DNA from: an uncultured Acidimicrobiaceae bacterium
GTDB lineage: Bacteria > Actinomycetota > Acidimicrobiia > Acidimicrobiales > RAAP-2
DNA length: 64,000 bases
Direction: 5' to 3'
Assembly (NCBI GenBank): GCA_963835465.1
Contig: CAWIFR010000007.1
Coordinates: 494,949 to 558,948, forward strand
Both the position numbers and the translations under genes were made by a program. Below are positions 41,994 through 53,931 of the stretch, piece by piece. Numbering within the stretch: the first letter of the stretch is position 1; the number at the start of each line of letters is the position of its first letter. The notes beneath the pieces are model-generated. The model saw only the letters and a program-made list of their open reading frames with translations, was not told where the DNA came from and made no database searches.

Positions 41994-43203
41994 TCAGTCT
42001 CGCAGCCTTGGCGACCAGCGTCCGGGACGACCGACGGCCAGCCGGCCAGGTCCGATGTCCGTCCGTCGCTCGGTGCGTCGCAGCCCAGGGAGAAGCGGAT
42101 GCCGCTGGCGGCCTCGGCCGCGGTCGAAGCCCATGGCCAGCAGCACATGGCTGGCCTCGACGGCCCCGCTGGAGCAGGCCGCGCCGGCCGAGGCAGCCAC
42201 GCCGGCGGCGTCGAGCAGGAGCACCAGCGCCTCGCTGCTCGACCCCGGCGAACCGCAGATGGGCGAGGCCGGGCAGCACGCCGGCGCGCTCGACGCCGTC
42301 CGGACGGTCCCGGGCACCGCCGCCAGCAGCCCGTCGACCAGGCGGTCGCGCAGGGCCGCCACCCGGGCGCCGCTCGGCGTCCGGCCGGCTGCCGACCGTC
42401 CGGCCAGGGCCGCGGCCAGGCCGACGATGCCGGCCACGTTGTGGGTGCCGCTGCGCCGCCCCGCTCCTGGCCCCCGCCGTGGAGCACCGGGGCGACAGGC
42501 CGGTGCCGCCTGCGGACGGCCAGGGCGCCGACGCCCTGGGGGCCGCCGAACTTGTGGGCGCTGATCGCCACCAGGTCGGCGCCGGCGTGCAGCCGGCGCC
42601 ACGTCGAGCCAGGGAGCGGCCTGGACGGCGTCGGTGTGGAGGACGGCCCTCGGGGCCCGGCGCCGGACCAGCCCGGCCACCTGGCCAGCGGCTGGACGGT
42701 GCCGATCTCGTTGTTGACGAGCATCACCGAGACCAGACCCACGTCGGCGTGCAGGCCTCGCCCAGGCGTCGAGATCGACGACGCCGCTCGGGTCGGCCGG
42801 CACCTCCCGCAGGCTCGGCGCCGGACTGCGCCGGGCCAGCCGCCCGGCAGGTCTCGAGCACGGCGTGGTGCTCGATGGCCGAGCACACGATCGGCGGGGC
42901 GGGCCGACCGGCGGCGGCCACGGCTTCCGAGCGCCGGTCACGGCGAGGTTGTCGGCCTCGGTCCCGCCGCCGGTGAAGACCACCTCACCGGGTCGGCCCC
43001 GAGGAGGGCGGCCGACCTGCTCGCGGGCGTCGTCGACGGCCCGCCGGGCACTCGCGGGCCTCGTGGTGGGCCCCCGAGGGGTTGCCGAAGCGCGCCGGCA
43101 GGTAGGGCAGCATGGCCTCGCCGGCCTCCGGGCGCAGCGGGGTGGTGGCGGCGTGGTCCAGGTAGGCCGGGTCGCCGGGCTCGGCCGTCAGGTAGCCACC
43201 CAC
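41994..43203 (-). pseudogene. iscS: Cysteine desulfurase (IscS/NifS family), frameshifted
   Basis: Fragments: AYLDHAATTPLRPEAGEAMLPYLPARFGNPSGAHHEAR; VFTGGGTEADNLAV; [19 protein letters not shown] (PLP Lys); GIRFSLG. The GTG start overlaps the upstream ALDH stop. Confidence 0.75.
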
Positions 43204-44609
43204 ACCGTCTTGACGTTGCAGAACTCGTGGATGCCCGAGCCGGAGAGCTCGCGGCCGAACCCCGAGCTCTTGATCCCACCGAAGGGCAGCTGCGGGCATG
43301 GAGGCCACCATGCCGTTGACGAAGACCTGGCCCGGCCTCGAGCTCCGTCGACGCAGCGCTGCTGCTCCTCGGGGTCGGGGTCCAGACGCTCGCCCCGAGG
43401 CCGAACTCGGTCCCGTTGGCCAGGGCCAGTGCCTCGTCGGCGTCGGCCACCGTGTAGAGCAGGGCCACCGGGCCGAACACCTCCTCGGTGGCGACCCGCA
43501 TGGCCGGGGTGATGCCCGGTGATGACCGTCGGGCGGTAGAAGTAGCCGGGACGGTCGGGACCGCCGGGCCGACCACCGCTCGCCGCCGCAGAGGATGGCG
43601 GCCCCGTGGTCCCGGGCGTCCTCCACCTGGGCGGCGATGGTCGTCGCGTGCCGCCGCGGTGACCAGGGGCCCGACCTCGGTGGCCGGATCGAACGGGTCG
43701 CCGACCGACAGCGCGTCCATGCCGGCGACGAAGCCCGCGCGTGAAGGCCTCGGCCACGTCCCGGTGGACGATGAACCGCTTGGCGGCGATGCAGCGACTG
43801 GCCGGCGTTCTGGATCCGGGCCTGCACCCCGACGGCGATGGCCTGCTCGAGGTCGGCCGAGGGCAGCACGATGAACGGGTCGCTCCCGCCGAGCTCGAGC
43901 ACGATCTTCTTGCCCGCCGCGCCGGCCTGGGCGGCCACCGCCCGTCCGGCGCCCACGCTGCCGGTGAGGGTGACCGCGGCCACCCGCGGGTCGGCGATGA
44001 TGGCCGGCACCTGGTCGGTGCCGACGAGCAGGGTCTGGAAGACGCCGTCGGGGGCACCCGGCCCGCCGGAACAGGTCCTCGAGCAGGAGGGCGGTGCGGG
44101 GCACGTTGGGCGCGTGCTTGAGCAGGCCCACGTTGCCCGCCATGAGGGCCGGGGCGGCGAAGCGGACCACCTGCCACAGCGGGAAGTTCCACGGCATGAT
44201 GGCCAGGACCGGCCCCGAGGGGCTGGTAGGTGATCGAGGCCCAGCGAGGCGTCGACCGGGACCTCGCTCATCGGCCAGCATGGCCTCGGCGTGCTCGGCG
44301 AACCACCGGAACCCGCTGGCGCACTTGGCCACCTCGCCCTTGGCCTGGGCGAAGGGCTTGCCCATCTCGGTGGTGACCACGTGGGCGATGTCGGGCAGCT
44401 CCCCCTCCAGCAGCTCGGCCGCGGTGATCAGCAGCCGGGACCGCTCTTCGAAGGTGCGTCCTGGCCCACACGGGGCGGCAGCGGCGGCGGCGGCCAGGCG
44501 CCGTCTCCACCGCGGCGTGCGTCGTAGGGCTCGAACGCCTCGAGCAGCTCGCCCGGTGGCGGGATTGATGGTGGCGATGGGGCGGACCGGCGTCGATTCG
44601 GGGCATCAT
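43188..44609 (-). pseudogene. NAD(P)-dependent aldehyde dehydrogenase (succinate-semialdehyde dehydrogenase-like), frameshifted
   Basis: Fragments: TTEMGKPFAQAKGEVAKCA; [41 protein letters not shown]; [15 protein letters not shown]; C-terminus [25 protein letters not shown]. The start is approximate. Confidence 0.75.
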
Positions 44610-46049
44610 GTCCAGTATCGCTCAGGGGAACCGCGGCCTGACCCGGGCCGGCGGCTACGTCCGGCACCGGGTCGGGGTCGTCCAGGAGGGCGGGGATGCA
44701 GCATTCGCTGAAGCTTGCCGGTGGCCGTCCGGGGCAGGGCGTCGACCACCACGTACTCCTTGGGCCGCTTGTAGGCGGCCAGGTGCGCCGGCGGCATGGG
44801 CGGCGCACCGCCTCGACCAGCGGATCACAGGCCGAGCGTGCGGCCGACGGCGTCGAGCACCACCGCCGCGCAGACCCGCTGGCCCCAACGGTCGTCAGGC
44901 AGGCCGAACACGGCCACCTCGGCCACGCCCGGCCACACCGGACAGGGCCGCCTCCACCTCGGCCGGGTAGACATTGACCCCGCCGCTGATGATGAGGTCG
45001 TCCCGCCGGCCGTCGATGAACAGGTAGCCCTCGTCGTCGAGCCGGCCGAGGTCCCCACGGTGAAGGCCCCGTCCCGCCAGGCGCGCCGTCGGTCTTGGCC
45101 TGGTCCCCCCAGTAGCGGAAGCGGGCGAATCCGGGCGGCCGGCACCAGATGGTCCCGTCCCCGTCGACCGAGAGCGTGCGACCCGGGCGGGCCCGTCCCG
45201 ACCGTGCCCGGGCGGGCCTCCCACTCCTCGGGCGAGCACACGGTGAACTGGCCCTCGGTGGACCCGTAGAACTCCCACAGGCACCCCGGGGCCACCCGCT
45301 CCGAGGCCGCGCGCTTGAGCGGGGTGGGCAGGGCGAGCCGGCGTGGACGAGCAGGCGCAGGCCCGTCGAACCGGGCTCGGCGTCCCCGCCACCGCGGCCA
45401 GCAGCCGACCCAGGGCGGCCGGGGCCATGAAGGTGGTGGTCGGGACAGGACCGCCCGCCCGTCCGGCCAGGGCGGCGCGGGCCACCTCGGCGTCGAACCG
45501 ACTGAGGACCACGCAGGTGCCTCCCCGCAGCAGGGTGCCGCCGGCGAACCGGACGGACACCGAGTGGTACATCGGGGAGCACACCAGGTGGACGTCGTCG
45601 GGCCCGAACGCCCACAGGTCGGCCTCGTCGGCGAAGGCCGCGCTCCGCCTCGTCCGCGCTCCAGACCCCGGACCAGACCCCTTTCGACCGCCCGGTGGTG
45701 CCCGAGGTGTAGTGCATGGGTCGGGCCAGGGAAAGGGGGCCAGCTCGGCCGGCGGACCCTGCCCAGGTCGGCCAAGGTCGTCCCCGTCGGTGACCACGAG
45801 TCCGGGCCGGGCGTCGGCCAGCAGGGCGTCCCGCTCGGCGTCGAGCAGGGTGGCGTTGAGCAGCACCGGCACCACCCCGATCCGCAGCGCACCGAGCACC
45901 GCGCAGAGCAGCGCCGCCGACGACGGGAGGCAGAAGGCGACCCGGTCCCCCGGGCCGAGCCCCGCCGCCCGCAGCGAGCCCGCCGCCCGGCGCTGGGCGG
46001 GCTCGGCGTCGGCGGCCGTCAGCACCTCGACCGTCACGTCGGAACTCAC
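44606..46049 (-). pseudogene. AMP-dependent acyl-CoA synthetase/ligase, frameshifted
   Basis: Fragments: [32 protein letters not shown]; [14 protein letters not shown] (AMP-binding motif); [35 protein letters not shown]; AAYKRPKEYVVVDALPRTATGKLQR. The boundaries are approximate. Confidence 0.7.
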
Positions 46050-46095
46050 GAGCGGACGCCGAACGGTGCGGTCACCGGCGCGCCGAACGGCCAGA

Positions 46096-47381
46096 TCACG
46101 GCAGCCTCGGTCGGAGGAGCGAGCCCTCGACGACCGCATGGACCTGCCCGGGGTCCCCGAGCGAGGTGAAGACGGCCGGGCGGAGCAGGGCGATGGTGGC
46201 CATGGCCACCAGCATGGCCAGGGCCCCGATCACCGTCACCGTCCGCACCCCGGTGTGGTTGGCCACCGGCCCTGGACGACGGCCCCGATCGGGTAGACGA
46301 TGCCCAGACCCATCATGTAGATGGACAGGATTCGGCCCCGGACCTCGGCCGGGGCCCGCAGCTGGACCACCGTATTGAGCCCGGAGAGCACGGCGATGTA
46401 GCCGGCCGCCCACGGCCAGGAAGGCCGACGGCCGAGAGCCACAGGGTCGGGGCCACGCCGTAGAGCACCAACAGGACCGGAAGGACGAAGAGGGCGGAGG
46501 CGCAGCATGGTCCGCCGGCCCACCCGCTCGGCCAGCGTGGGAAGGACCAGCGCCCCGGCCACCGCGCCCGACGCCTTGGGCGGTGACCAGGATGGCCGTG
46601 CCCATCTGGGTGCTGACCCCACCGCGGTCGAGGACGGACGACATGGCCGGGACCAGGGCGATGAACGGCGAGGCCAGCAGCGCCACAATGGCGATGAGTT
46701 GGATGGCGGCGCGGCACCCGGGCTCGCCGGCCGCGGCCCGGGCCCCGGCCACCAGCCGTGCGGCCAGGAGCCGGCTCCCGGGCGACGGCACCGGCCTGGG
46801 CAACCGGACCAGCACGAGGGCCACCACCACCGCGGCGAATGAGGCGGCGTTGATGCCGAAGACCAGGCCGTAGTTGTGGGTCAGCAGAGCCAGGCCGGCC
46901 AGCGCCGGGCCGATCACCCGGCCCAGGTTGAACTGGGCCGACGACAGCGAGACCGCGCCGAGCAGGTCCTCGGGGGGGACGAGGTCGGGCACCATGGCCT
47001 GGAAGGCAGGGAACCCGATGGCTCCCGAAGCCCCGCCACAGGAAGGCCAGGACCACCAGCACCACCGGCGGGTCGTGGCCGGAGGCAGCCAGCACGGCCA
47101 GCACGGTGGCGAAGACCATCTCGGCCAGGGTGGTGGCGATCAGCCACCGCCGCCGGTCGAGCCGGTCGGCGAGTGCCCCACCCAGGGGGGCCAGCAGGCC
47201 GATGGGGATGAAGGCGGCGGCGGCCACCAGGCCGGTCCATCCCGGCTGGTCGGTCCGGGCGAAGACCAGCACGCCGAGGGCCACCGTCTGCATCCACGAG
47301 CCGACGTTCGAGACCAGGGCGGCCGACCAGATGAGCGCGAAGTTGCGCGAGCCGGAGGGGGCGCAGCGAGGCCAGGGGCAC
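46096..47381 (-). pseudogene. MFS transporter (EntS/MFS_3-like), frameshifted
   Basis: Fragments: RNFALIWSAALVSNVGSWMQTVALGVLV...PLGGALADRLDRRR; PEDLLGAVSLSSAQFNLGRVIGPALAG; and other hydrophobic segments in alternate frames. Confidence 0.65.
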
Positions 47382-47446
47382 CGGGTGAGGCTACCGGCGG
47401 ACTGGGCCGCGGCCGACCTGGGGTCAGGGCCAGGCAGCAGGCGGGG

Positions 47447-47566
47447 CTACCCCTCGTCCTTGTGCTTGCGTCGGGGCCGGAGGGCGAACCACCAGATGCT
47501 CGCCATGGTGGCCAGCACGCCGAAGGCGGCCGCGGGCTTGGCGATCTTGCGGGAACGGTCGGACAT
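47447..47566 (-). CDS. Possible 39-aa single-TM small protein
   Basis: Hand-translated: ATG 47566, MSDRSRKIAKPAAAFGVLATMASIWWFALRPRRKHKDEG, stop at 47447. It is below the ORF-track size cutoff and has no other support. Confidence 0.2.
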   Translation of the reverse strand: MSDRSRKIAKPAAAFGVLATMASIWWFALRPRRKHKDEG

Positions 47567-47659
47567 GGACCTGACGTTACCTGCCCGGCGCACGCCCCGA
47601 GACCAGGTCGGCGGCGGCCCGACCGACCCTCGGGGCCGGGACCCTACCTGGTGGCCAGC

Positions 47660-49913
47660 TCATCGGGCCCGACGCCGACGCGCCGGCTCGGCACCGGCCG
47701 GCAGGGCCACATCGACCTCGACGCCGAGCGTTGGGGACGATCCGGTCGAGCCACGACGGCATCCACCAGTTGGCCCGGCCCAGCAACTCCATGATGGCCG
47801 GGACCAGCACCATCCGGACCAGGGTGGCGTCGATGAGGATGGCGGCGGCCAGCCCCAGCCCGAAGACCTTGAGCACGTGGAGCGGGTCACCGATCACGAA
47901 CGACCCGAACACGCAGATCATGATGGCCGCCGCCGCGGTGATCACCCGGGCCGTCTTGGCCAGTCCGTCGGCCACCGCGGTCGAGTTGTCCCCGGTGCGG
48001 CGCCACTCCTCGCGGATGCGGGAGAGGAGGAAGACCTCGTAGTCCATGGACAGCCCGAACAGGATGGTGAACATCATGAGCGGGATCCACGGGTCGATGG
48101 GGCCGGTGGCACCGATCCCGATCAACCCACCCAGCCAGCCCCACTGGAACACGGCCACGATGACCCCGTAGGCGGCGCCCACCGACAGCAGGTTGACCAC
48201 CACCGCCTTCAGCGGGATGGCCAGCGAGCGGAACACGGCCATCAGCAGCAGGAAGGACGAGCAGCAGGACGGCCCCGATGACCCACACCAGGCGGGAGGA
48301 GAGGTAGGAGGAGGCGTCGACCGAGCCGGCCGTCTCCCCACCGACGTAGGCCACCACCCCCGTCCCGCCGGTGGCCGCCGGGATGACGTCGTTGCGCAGC
48401 GCGTGGACGAGCGCCTCGGTCTGGGCCGACTGGGGCGAGGTGGTGGGGTAGGCGATGATCACCGCGTCGTGGCCGGAGGCGGAGAACTGGGGCGGGCGTG
48501 GCGAAGGCCACGCCGGGCGTGGCGGCCACCTTGGCCTGCAGGGCGTCGACGGCGGCCCTCTGGCCCTCGGGCACCGAGGCGGCCACGATCAGGGGGCCGT
48601 TGAAGCCCGGACCGAACCCGGTGGCCAGGGCGTCGAAGGCCTGGCGGGTGGTGGTGCTGGGCGGGTCGTTGCCGGCGTCGGTGAAGGCCAGCCGCATGGA
48701 GAAGAACGGCATGATCAGCAGCAGCAGGCAGAGCAGGGCGCGCCACCGCGGCCGGCCACCGGGTGGCGCTGGACGGTGCGGCTCCACCGGTACCAGAAGC
48801 CGCGCTCGGACGGCTCGGCGGCGCTCTGGAGGAGCCCGGGCACGTGGAGCTTGTCGATGGCCCGACCCGAGAAGCCGAGCATGGCCGGCAGCAGCGTGAC
48901 GGCGGCCAGCATGACCAGCACCACGGCGGCGATGGCCCCGACGGCCAGGCCGCGCATGAAGGGGAGCTGCAGGATGAACAGGCCGAGGAGGGAGAGGATC
49001 ACCGTGGTGCCGGCGAAGACCACCGACCGGCCCGACGTGGCCAGCGAGACGGCGGTGGCCTGCCGGGGATCACGGCCCTCGGCCAGGCCCTGCCGGTAGC
49101 GGGTGACGATGAACAGGGCGTAGTCGATGCCCACTCCGAGGCCGATCATGGCCATCATCTCGGGGGCGAAGGTCGGCGTGGTGATCACGTGGGACAGCAG
49201 GTCGAGTACGGCGAAGGCGATGGCGATCCCGAACAGGGCGGTGATGATCGGCAGACCCATGGCCACCACCGAGCCGAAGGCCAGCAGCATGATGATGATG
49301 GCGGCCAGGATGCCGATCCCCTCGCTCGGACCCGGCTTGGCTCCGGCCACCAGGCTGATGGCCTGGCCGCCCAGGGCCACGTGGTACCCGGGGGCGGCGA
49401 ACGACTGGGCCGTCGAGACCACCTTCTTGATGGCGTCCTGGGGTAGGTCGCCGGCCTGCTGGTCGAAGACCACCTGCACGTAGGCGATGTGGCCGTCCGG
49501 CGAGATCTGGTGGGCGCCGCCGGGCGAGAACGGGCTGACCACCTGGGACACGTGGGCCAGTGGGGCGAGGGCGGCCACCAGTCTTGGCCGTCCGGTCCTG
49601 GACCGACGCCGCGGTGATCGGGCCGGTCGAGGTGATGACCACCTGGGCCGGGCTGCCCTTCTGATCGGGGAAGGCCCGGTCGAGGATCTGCTGGACCGGC
49701 TGGGCGCCGCCGGTGAGGTTGTTGGAGAAGTTGCTGCCCGCCGCCTGGGCGATGACGTTCGTGGCCACCAGGGCCACCAACCACAGGATCAGCACCCACC
49801 AGCGGTGGTCGTGGCACCAGCCGGCGATGCGGGCCAGCCCGCTCTCCTCGGCCGGCTGCGAGCGGGGCCCGTTCCTTGGGTGCCTGGGTCGGGGTCAACG
49901 TGGTCGTGGCCAT
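47660..49913 (-). pseudogene. MMPL-family (RND superfamily) membrane transporter, many frameshifts
   Basis: Fragments: MLILWLVALVATNVIAQAAG; GIGILAAIIIMLLAFGSVVAMGLPIITALFGIAIAF...GVGIDYALFIVTRYRQ; LLLMAVFRSLAIPLKAVVVNLLSVGAAYG...LFGLSMDYEVFLLSRIRE; ELLGRANWWMPSWLDRIVP. Confidence 0.8.
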
Positions 49914-50053
49914 CCGTCAAAACTAATCCGCCCTACCCCGGCGTCGACCCGCTACGCGCGATGCACCTCCCCGGCACCGTAGGTGGCCTGCAGAATTCGA
50001 ACGCCAGCACCCCGAAGGTCGGTCGGCCCTCTGGCGTGAACCGTCCCGTCGTC

Positions 50054-50824
50054 TCAGTGCTCGTCGGGCACCCTCTGGCGCACCACGGGTTCACCCTGGG
50101 GTCCCGCCGAGGGCTCGCTCGCCGCAGGCTCCACCAACTCCTCGAGGATGTACCGGGTCACCCACGCCGGTGAGTTGAACCCGTCGTCCCGATGCACTTG
50201 GCGGAACCGGTCGGCGGCCGGGAACGCCTCGGACCGGGGTCGAACGGATGAGCGCCTGCATGTCGGTGTCGACCAGACCCGGGGAGAGGGCGTAGGCCAG
50301 CAACCCATGGCGCCGCTCCTCCCGGGCCACCACCTCGGTGATCATCTCCACCGCAGCCTTCGACCCTCCGTAGGCCGCCCATCCCTCGTAGGGACGTGGA
50401 GGCCGCACCCGACGAGAGATTCACGAGGACGCCGGATCCGGCCCGGGTGCGAACGTGGCGGGCGAAGGTGGCCGTGCCGTGGAGCACCCCGAGCACGTTG
50501 ACCTCGATGTTCCTGCGGAGGGCGGCGGGATCGGCATCGGCCAGTGGCCCGATGGGGGCCAGGATCCCCGCGTTGTTGATCCAGAGGTCGATGCGCCCGA
50601 ACGCATCGACCACCTCGGAAGCGAATCGGTCCACGGCGGCGGCATCGGCCACGTCCACCGATCGGGCCACCGCCTCTGACCCGACAGGCGCATCGGGCCG
50701 GGTGCGGGCACAGAGACCGAGCCGGAAGCCCGGCAGCGGCCAGCGCATCGGCCATCCCGGCGCCGAGGCCCCGGCTGGCGCCGGTCACCACCCCCACCAA
50801 CGACGGCCGCGGATCGGGGGACAC
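50054..50824 (-). pseudogene. SDR oxidoreductase (sepiapterin-reductase-like), about three frameshifts
   Basis: Fragments: VGVVTGASRGLGAGMADALA; RIDLWINNAGILAPIGPLADAD...VLVNLSSGAA; YGGSKAAVEMIT...SPGLVDTDMQ; C-terminus FNSPAWVTRYILEEL. It lies 8 nt downstream of the ALDH stop (same operon). Confidence 0.7.
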
Positions 50825-50832
50825 GGGGGGAC

Positions 50833-52224
50833 TCAGCCGTCGGTGGAGATGAAGACGTTCTTCACCTCACTGTAGGAGGCCAGGGCTTCGAGGCCCAGCT
50901 CCCTCCCGAAGCCGGACTGCTTCATCCCGCCGAAGCTGGTCTGCACCCGCACCGAACTGTGGGAGTTGACCGACAGGTTGCCGGATTGGACGGCACGCGC
51001 CATGCGCAGGGCCCGAGCGCCGTCGCCGGTCCAGATGGAGCCGGACAGGCCATAGGGCGTGTCGTTGGCCAGGCGTACGGCATCCTCCTCGTCCTCGAAC
51101 GGGATGACCGCCACCACGGGGCCGAAGATCTCCTCGCGGGCCATGCGCCAGGCCGGGTCGGCCGGCGCCACCACCGTGGGCGGAAACCAGAAACCGGGGC
51201 CGTCGGGGACCGAGCCGGTGGCGAAGGTTTCGACCGGTCCGCCTCCCGGAGCGCCCATCCCCGCGGCCAGGAAGCTCCCGACCGTGGCCCGGTGGGCCGC
51301 GGTGACCAGTGGGCCCATCTTGACCGTGGGGTCGGTGGGGTCCCCGACCGTCCACCGCTCCACGGCGTCGGCCAGTAGCTCGAGGAAGCGGTCGAGGACG
51401 GTGCGCTGGACCAGGACACGGCTGCGGGCACAGCAGTCCTGGCCGGCGTTGGCGAAGACGCCCCCTGGGGTGGCTGCCGCCGCCCGCTCGAGGTCGGCGT
51501 CGGCGAAGACCACCGAGGCCGACTTCCCGCCGAGTTCCAGGGTGACCCGTTTGATGGTGCCCGACGCCCGGCTCATCACGTCCCGGCCCACCTCGGTGGA
51601 ACCGGTGAAGGCCACCTTGGCCACATCGGGATGCTCCACCAGCCGCGTCCCCACCACCGAACCTTTCCCCACCAGGACCTGGAGTACCCCTTCAGGCAGG
51701 CCGGCGTCGAGCGCCAGTTCGGCCAGGCGTAGGGCGGTGAGCGGGGTGATCTCGGCCGGCTTGACCACGATGGTGTTGCCAGTGGCCAGGGCCGGGCCCA
51801 CCTTCCACGAGGTGATGGCGATCGGGAAGTTCCACGGGACGATGGCTCCCACCACCCCCAGCGGCTCGTGGAAGGTCATGTCCACCCCGCCGGCCACCGG
51901 CACGGTGGCCCCCCGGTGCTTGTCCACGGCCCCGGCGTAGAAGTAGAGCACTTCGGCCACCATCCCCACCTCGTCGCGGCTGTCGACGATGGCCTTGCCC
52001 ACGTTGGCCGTCTCCAACTGGGCCAGCTCCTCCCCGTGCTCCTCCACCTGGGCGGCGAACCGGCGCAGCAGGCGGGCCCGGTCGGCTGGGGAGACCGCCC
52101 GCCAAGCCGGTCCGGCGGCCACGGCCCGGGCCACCGCGGCATCGGTCTCCTCGACCCCGTTGAGGGGCAGCTCGGCGATGGGGGTCTCGGTGGCCGGATT
52201 GACCACCGTGGTGGTGTCGCTCAT
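50833..52224 (-). CDS. NAD-dependent aldehyde dehydrogenase (PuuC/gamma-glutamyl-aldehyde dehydrogenase-like), intact
   Basis: ORF 50833..52446 trimmed to ATG 52224 (MSDTTTVVNPATETPIAELP). Motifs FTGSTEVGR, ELGGKSA and catalytic-Cys region NAGQDCCARSR. Confidence 0.88.
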   Translation of the reverse strand: MSDTTTVVNPATETPIAELPLNGVEETDAAVARAVAAGPAWRAVSPADRARLLRRFAAQVEEHGEELAQLETANVGKAIVDSRDEVGMVAEVLYFYAGAVDKHRGATVPVAGGVDMTFHEPLGVVGAIVPWNFPIAITSWKVGPALATGNTIVVKPAEITPLTALRLAELALDAGLPEGVLQVLVGKGSVVGTRLVEHPDVAKVAFTGSTEVGRDVMSRASGTIKRVTLELGGKSASVVFADADLERAAAATPGGVFANAGQDCCARSRVLVQRTVLDRFLELLADAVERWTVGDPTDPTVKMGPLVTAAHRATVGSFLAAGMGAPGGGPVETFATGSVPDGPGFWFPPTVVAPADPAWRMAREEIFGPVVAVIPFEDEEDAVRLANDTPYGLSGSIWTGDGARALRMARAVQSGNLSVNSHSSVRVQTSFGGMKQSGFGRELGLEALASYSEVKNVFISTDG

Positions 52225-52991
52225 AGGGTCTCCTTGATCGGTGGATGCTCGATCGGCTCCGTGGCGGTGGCCGCGTCCACCAGAGCGCCGAACAGGCGGC
52301 GGTCGCCGGTCTCCTCGGGGTGCCACTGGATCCCGACCACGAACCGATGGCCCGGGAGCTCGACAGCCTCCACCACCCCGTCCTCGCTCCGGGCGGTGAC
52401 CACCAGCCCCTCGCCCAACCGCTCGACGGCCTGGTGGTGGCTGCACAGGACCTCGGTCCGGGCGCCCAGCAGCCCGCGCACCGTGCTTCCCTCCTCGGTG
52501 ATCACCGCCACCGGGCCGAAGGCACCGGGCCGCGGCTGGTGCGCGCTGGTCCCGAGCCGGTCGGGAAGCTGCTGGACCAGATCACCACCCAGGCAGACGT
52601 TGAGGACCTGCATACCCCGGCAGACGGCTAGCAGCGGGAGGTCGATGGCCAGCGCGGCCCCGATGAGGCCCAGCTCGAGATCGTCTCGTTGGACGCTGGT
52701 CCCGCCGTTGCGCGGGTCGGGGTCTGCTCCGTAGCGGGCTGCGTCGAGATCCCCGCCACCGATGACCACCAGGCCGCCCAGGGCCCCCACCACCCGCTCG
52801 CACCGGGCGGCCTCGAGGGGGCCGGCCCGCTCACCCCGCGGGGGGAGGAGGACGGCCTCGCCGCCGGCCTCCTCGATCACGTCGAGGTACCGTCCCGGCA
52901 CCACCGCGGCGTCACGCTCCCACGACCACCAGGACGTGGTCTGACGGTACGTAGTCACCCCGATGAGGGGCCGGGGACCGGCGGTAGGCAC
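52221..52991 (-). CDS. Class-I glutamine amidotransferase, gamma-glutamyl-amide hydrolase (PuuD-like)
   Basis: ORF 52221..53360 trimmed to GTG 52991 (VPTAGPRPLIGVTTY...). Nucleophile LLAVCRGMQVLNV and C-terminal GIQWHPE. Its stop overlaps the ALDH start. Confidence 0.8.
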   Translation of the reverse strand: MPTAGPRPLIGVTTYRQTTSWWSWERDAAVVPGRYLDVIEEAGGEAVLLPPRGERAGPLEAARCERVVGALGGLVVIGGGDLDAARYGADPDPRNGGTSVQRDDLELGLIGAALAIDLPLLAVCRGMQVLNVCLGGDLVQQLPDRLGTSAHQPRPGAFGPVAVITEEGSTVRGLLGARTEVLCSHHQAVERLGEGLVVTARSEDGVVEAVELPGHRFVVGIQWHPEETGDRRLFGALVDAATATEPIEHPPIKETL

Positions 52992-53121
52992 GGCGATCAG
53001 TATCCCACCGCCATCGCGCCCCGCCGGTAAGGTGCCGGTCGAGTGCGTGCACCCGGGACCGAGTCCCACGCCCTCACCGCAGACCATGGACGGGCGCTGG
53101 AGGCCCGAGAGGGAGACGGAG

Positions 53122-53899
53122 ATGGCACGACTGGACGGCAAGGTGGCCGTGATCACCGGGGCCGGCAGCGGTATCGGACGGGTGGCGGCCGCCCTCTTCG
53201 CCGCCGAGGGTGCCCAGGTGGTGGCAGCCGATGTGGTGGCCGACCAGGCCGAGTCGGCCGTGGCCGAGATCGTGGACGCCGGGGGCTCGGCCACGCCGGT
53301 GACGGTGGACGTGTCCGACGAGGGCCAGGTCGAGGCCATGGTGGCCACTGCGGTCCGCACCTACGGTGGCCTGCACGTGCTGTTCAACAATGCCGGCATC
53401 TTCCCCGACGACGACGGTGGCCTCCTCGACACCCCGCCCGCGACCTGGGAGAAGGTGATGGAGGTGAACCTGAAGGGAGTGTGGCTGGGGTGCCGGGCCG
53501 GCGGTCCCGGCCATGCTCGACTCGGGGGGCGGCTCGATCGTGAACGTGGCCTCCTTCGTGGCCCTGGTGGGCGCCGCCACCGCCCAGATGGCCTATACGG
53601 CGTCCAAGGGCGGGGTACTGGCCATGACCCGTGAGCTGGCCGTGGAGTACGCCCGGCGGGGGATCCGGGCCAACTCCATCTGTCCCGGGCCCATCGAGAC
53701 GCCTCTGTTGGCCGAGCTGCTCGCCGATCCCGAGCGCCGCCAGCGCCGGCTGGTACACATCCCCATCGGCCGGTTCGGGCGACCCGAGGAGATCGCCAAG
53801 GCGGCGCTGTTCCTGGCGTCGGACGACGCCTCGTTCGTCACCGGGTCGGCCCTGGTGGTCGACGGCGGCATCACCGCCGCCTACGTGACTCCCGAGTAG
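53122..53899 (+). pseudogene. SDR oxidoreductase with one frameshift
   Basis: ATG 53122 gives MARLDGKVAVITGAGSGIGRVAAALFAAEGAQVV...NNAGI. The shift is at about 53499 (an apparent extra G; the corrected reading is CRAAVPAMLDSGGGSIVNVAS). It continues in ORF 53513..53899 (YTASKGGVLAMTRELAVEY...PGPIETP). Confidence 0.75.
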
Positions 53900-53931
53900 A
53901 GCGCTGGACGCCGGCGGGCCACTGGGCCAGA

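Noticed and set aside
44606-49913. The acyl-CoA ligase + MFS + MMPL cluster as a novel lipid-export system.
   Set aside because: FadD-like ligase/MMPL/MFS neighbourhoods are common in actinobacterial genomes. All three genes lie in the error-dense zone, and nothing in the recoverable sequence is unusual.
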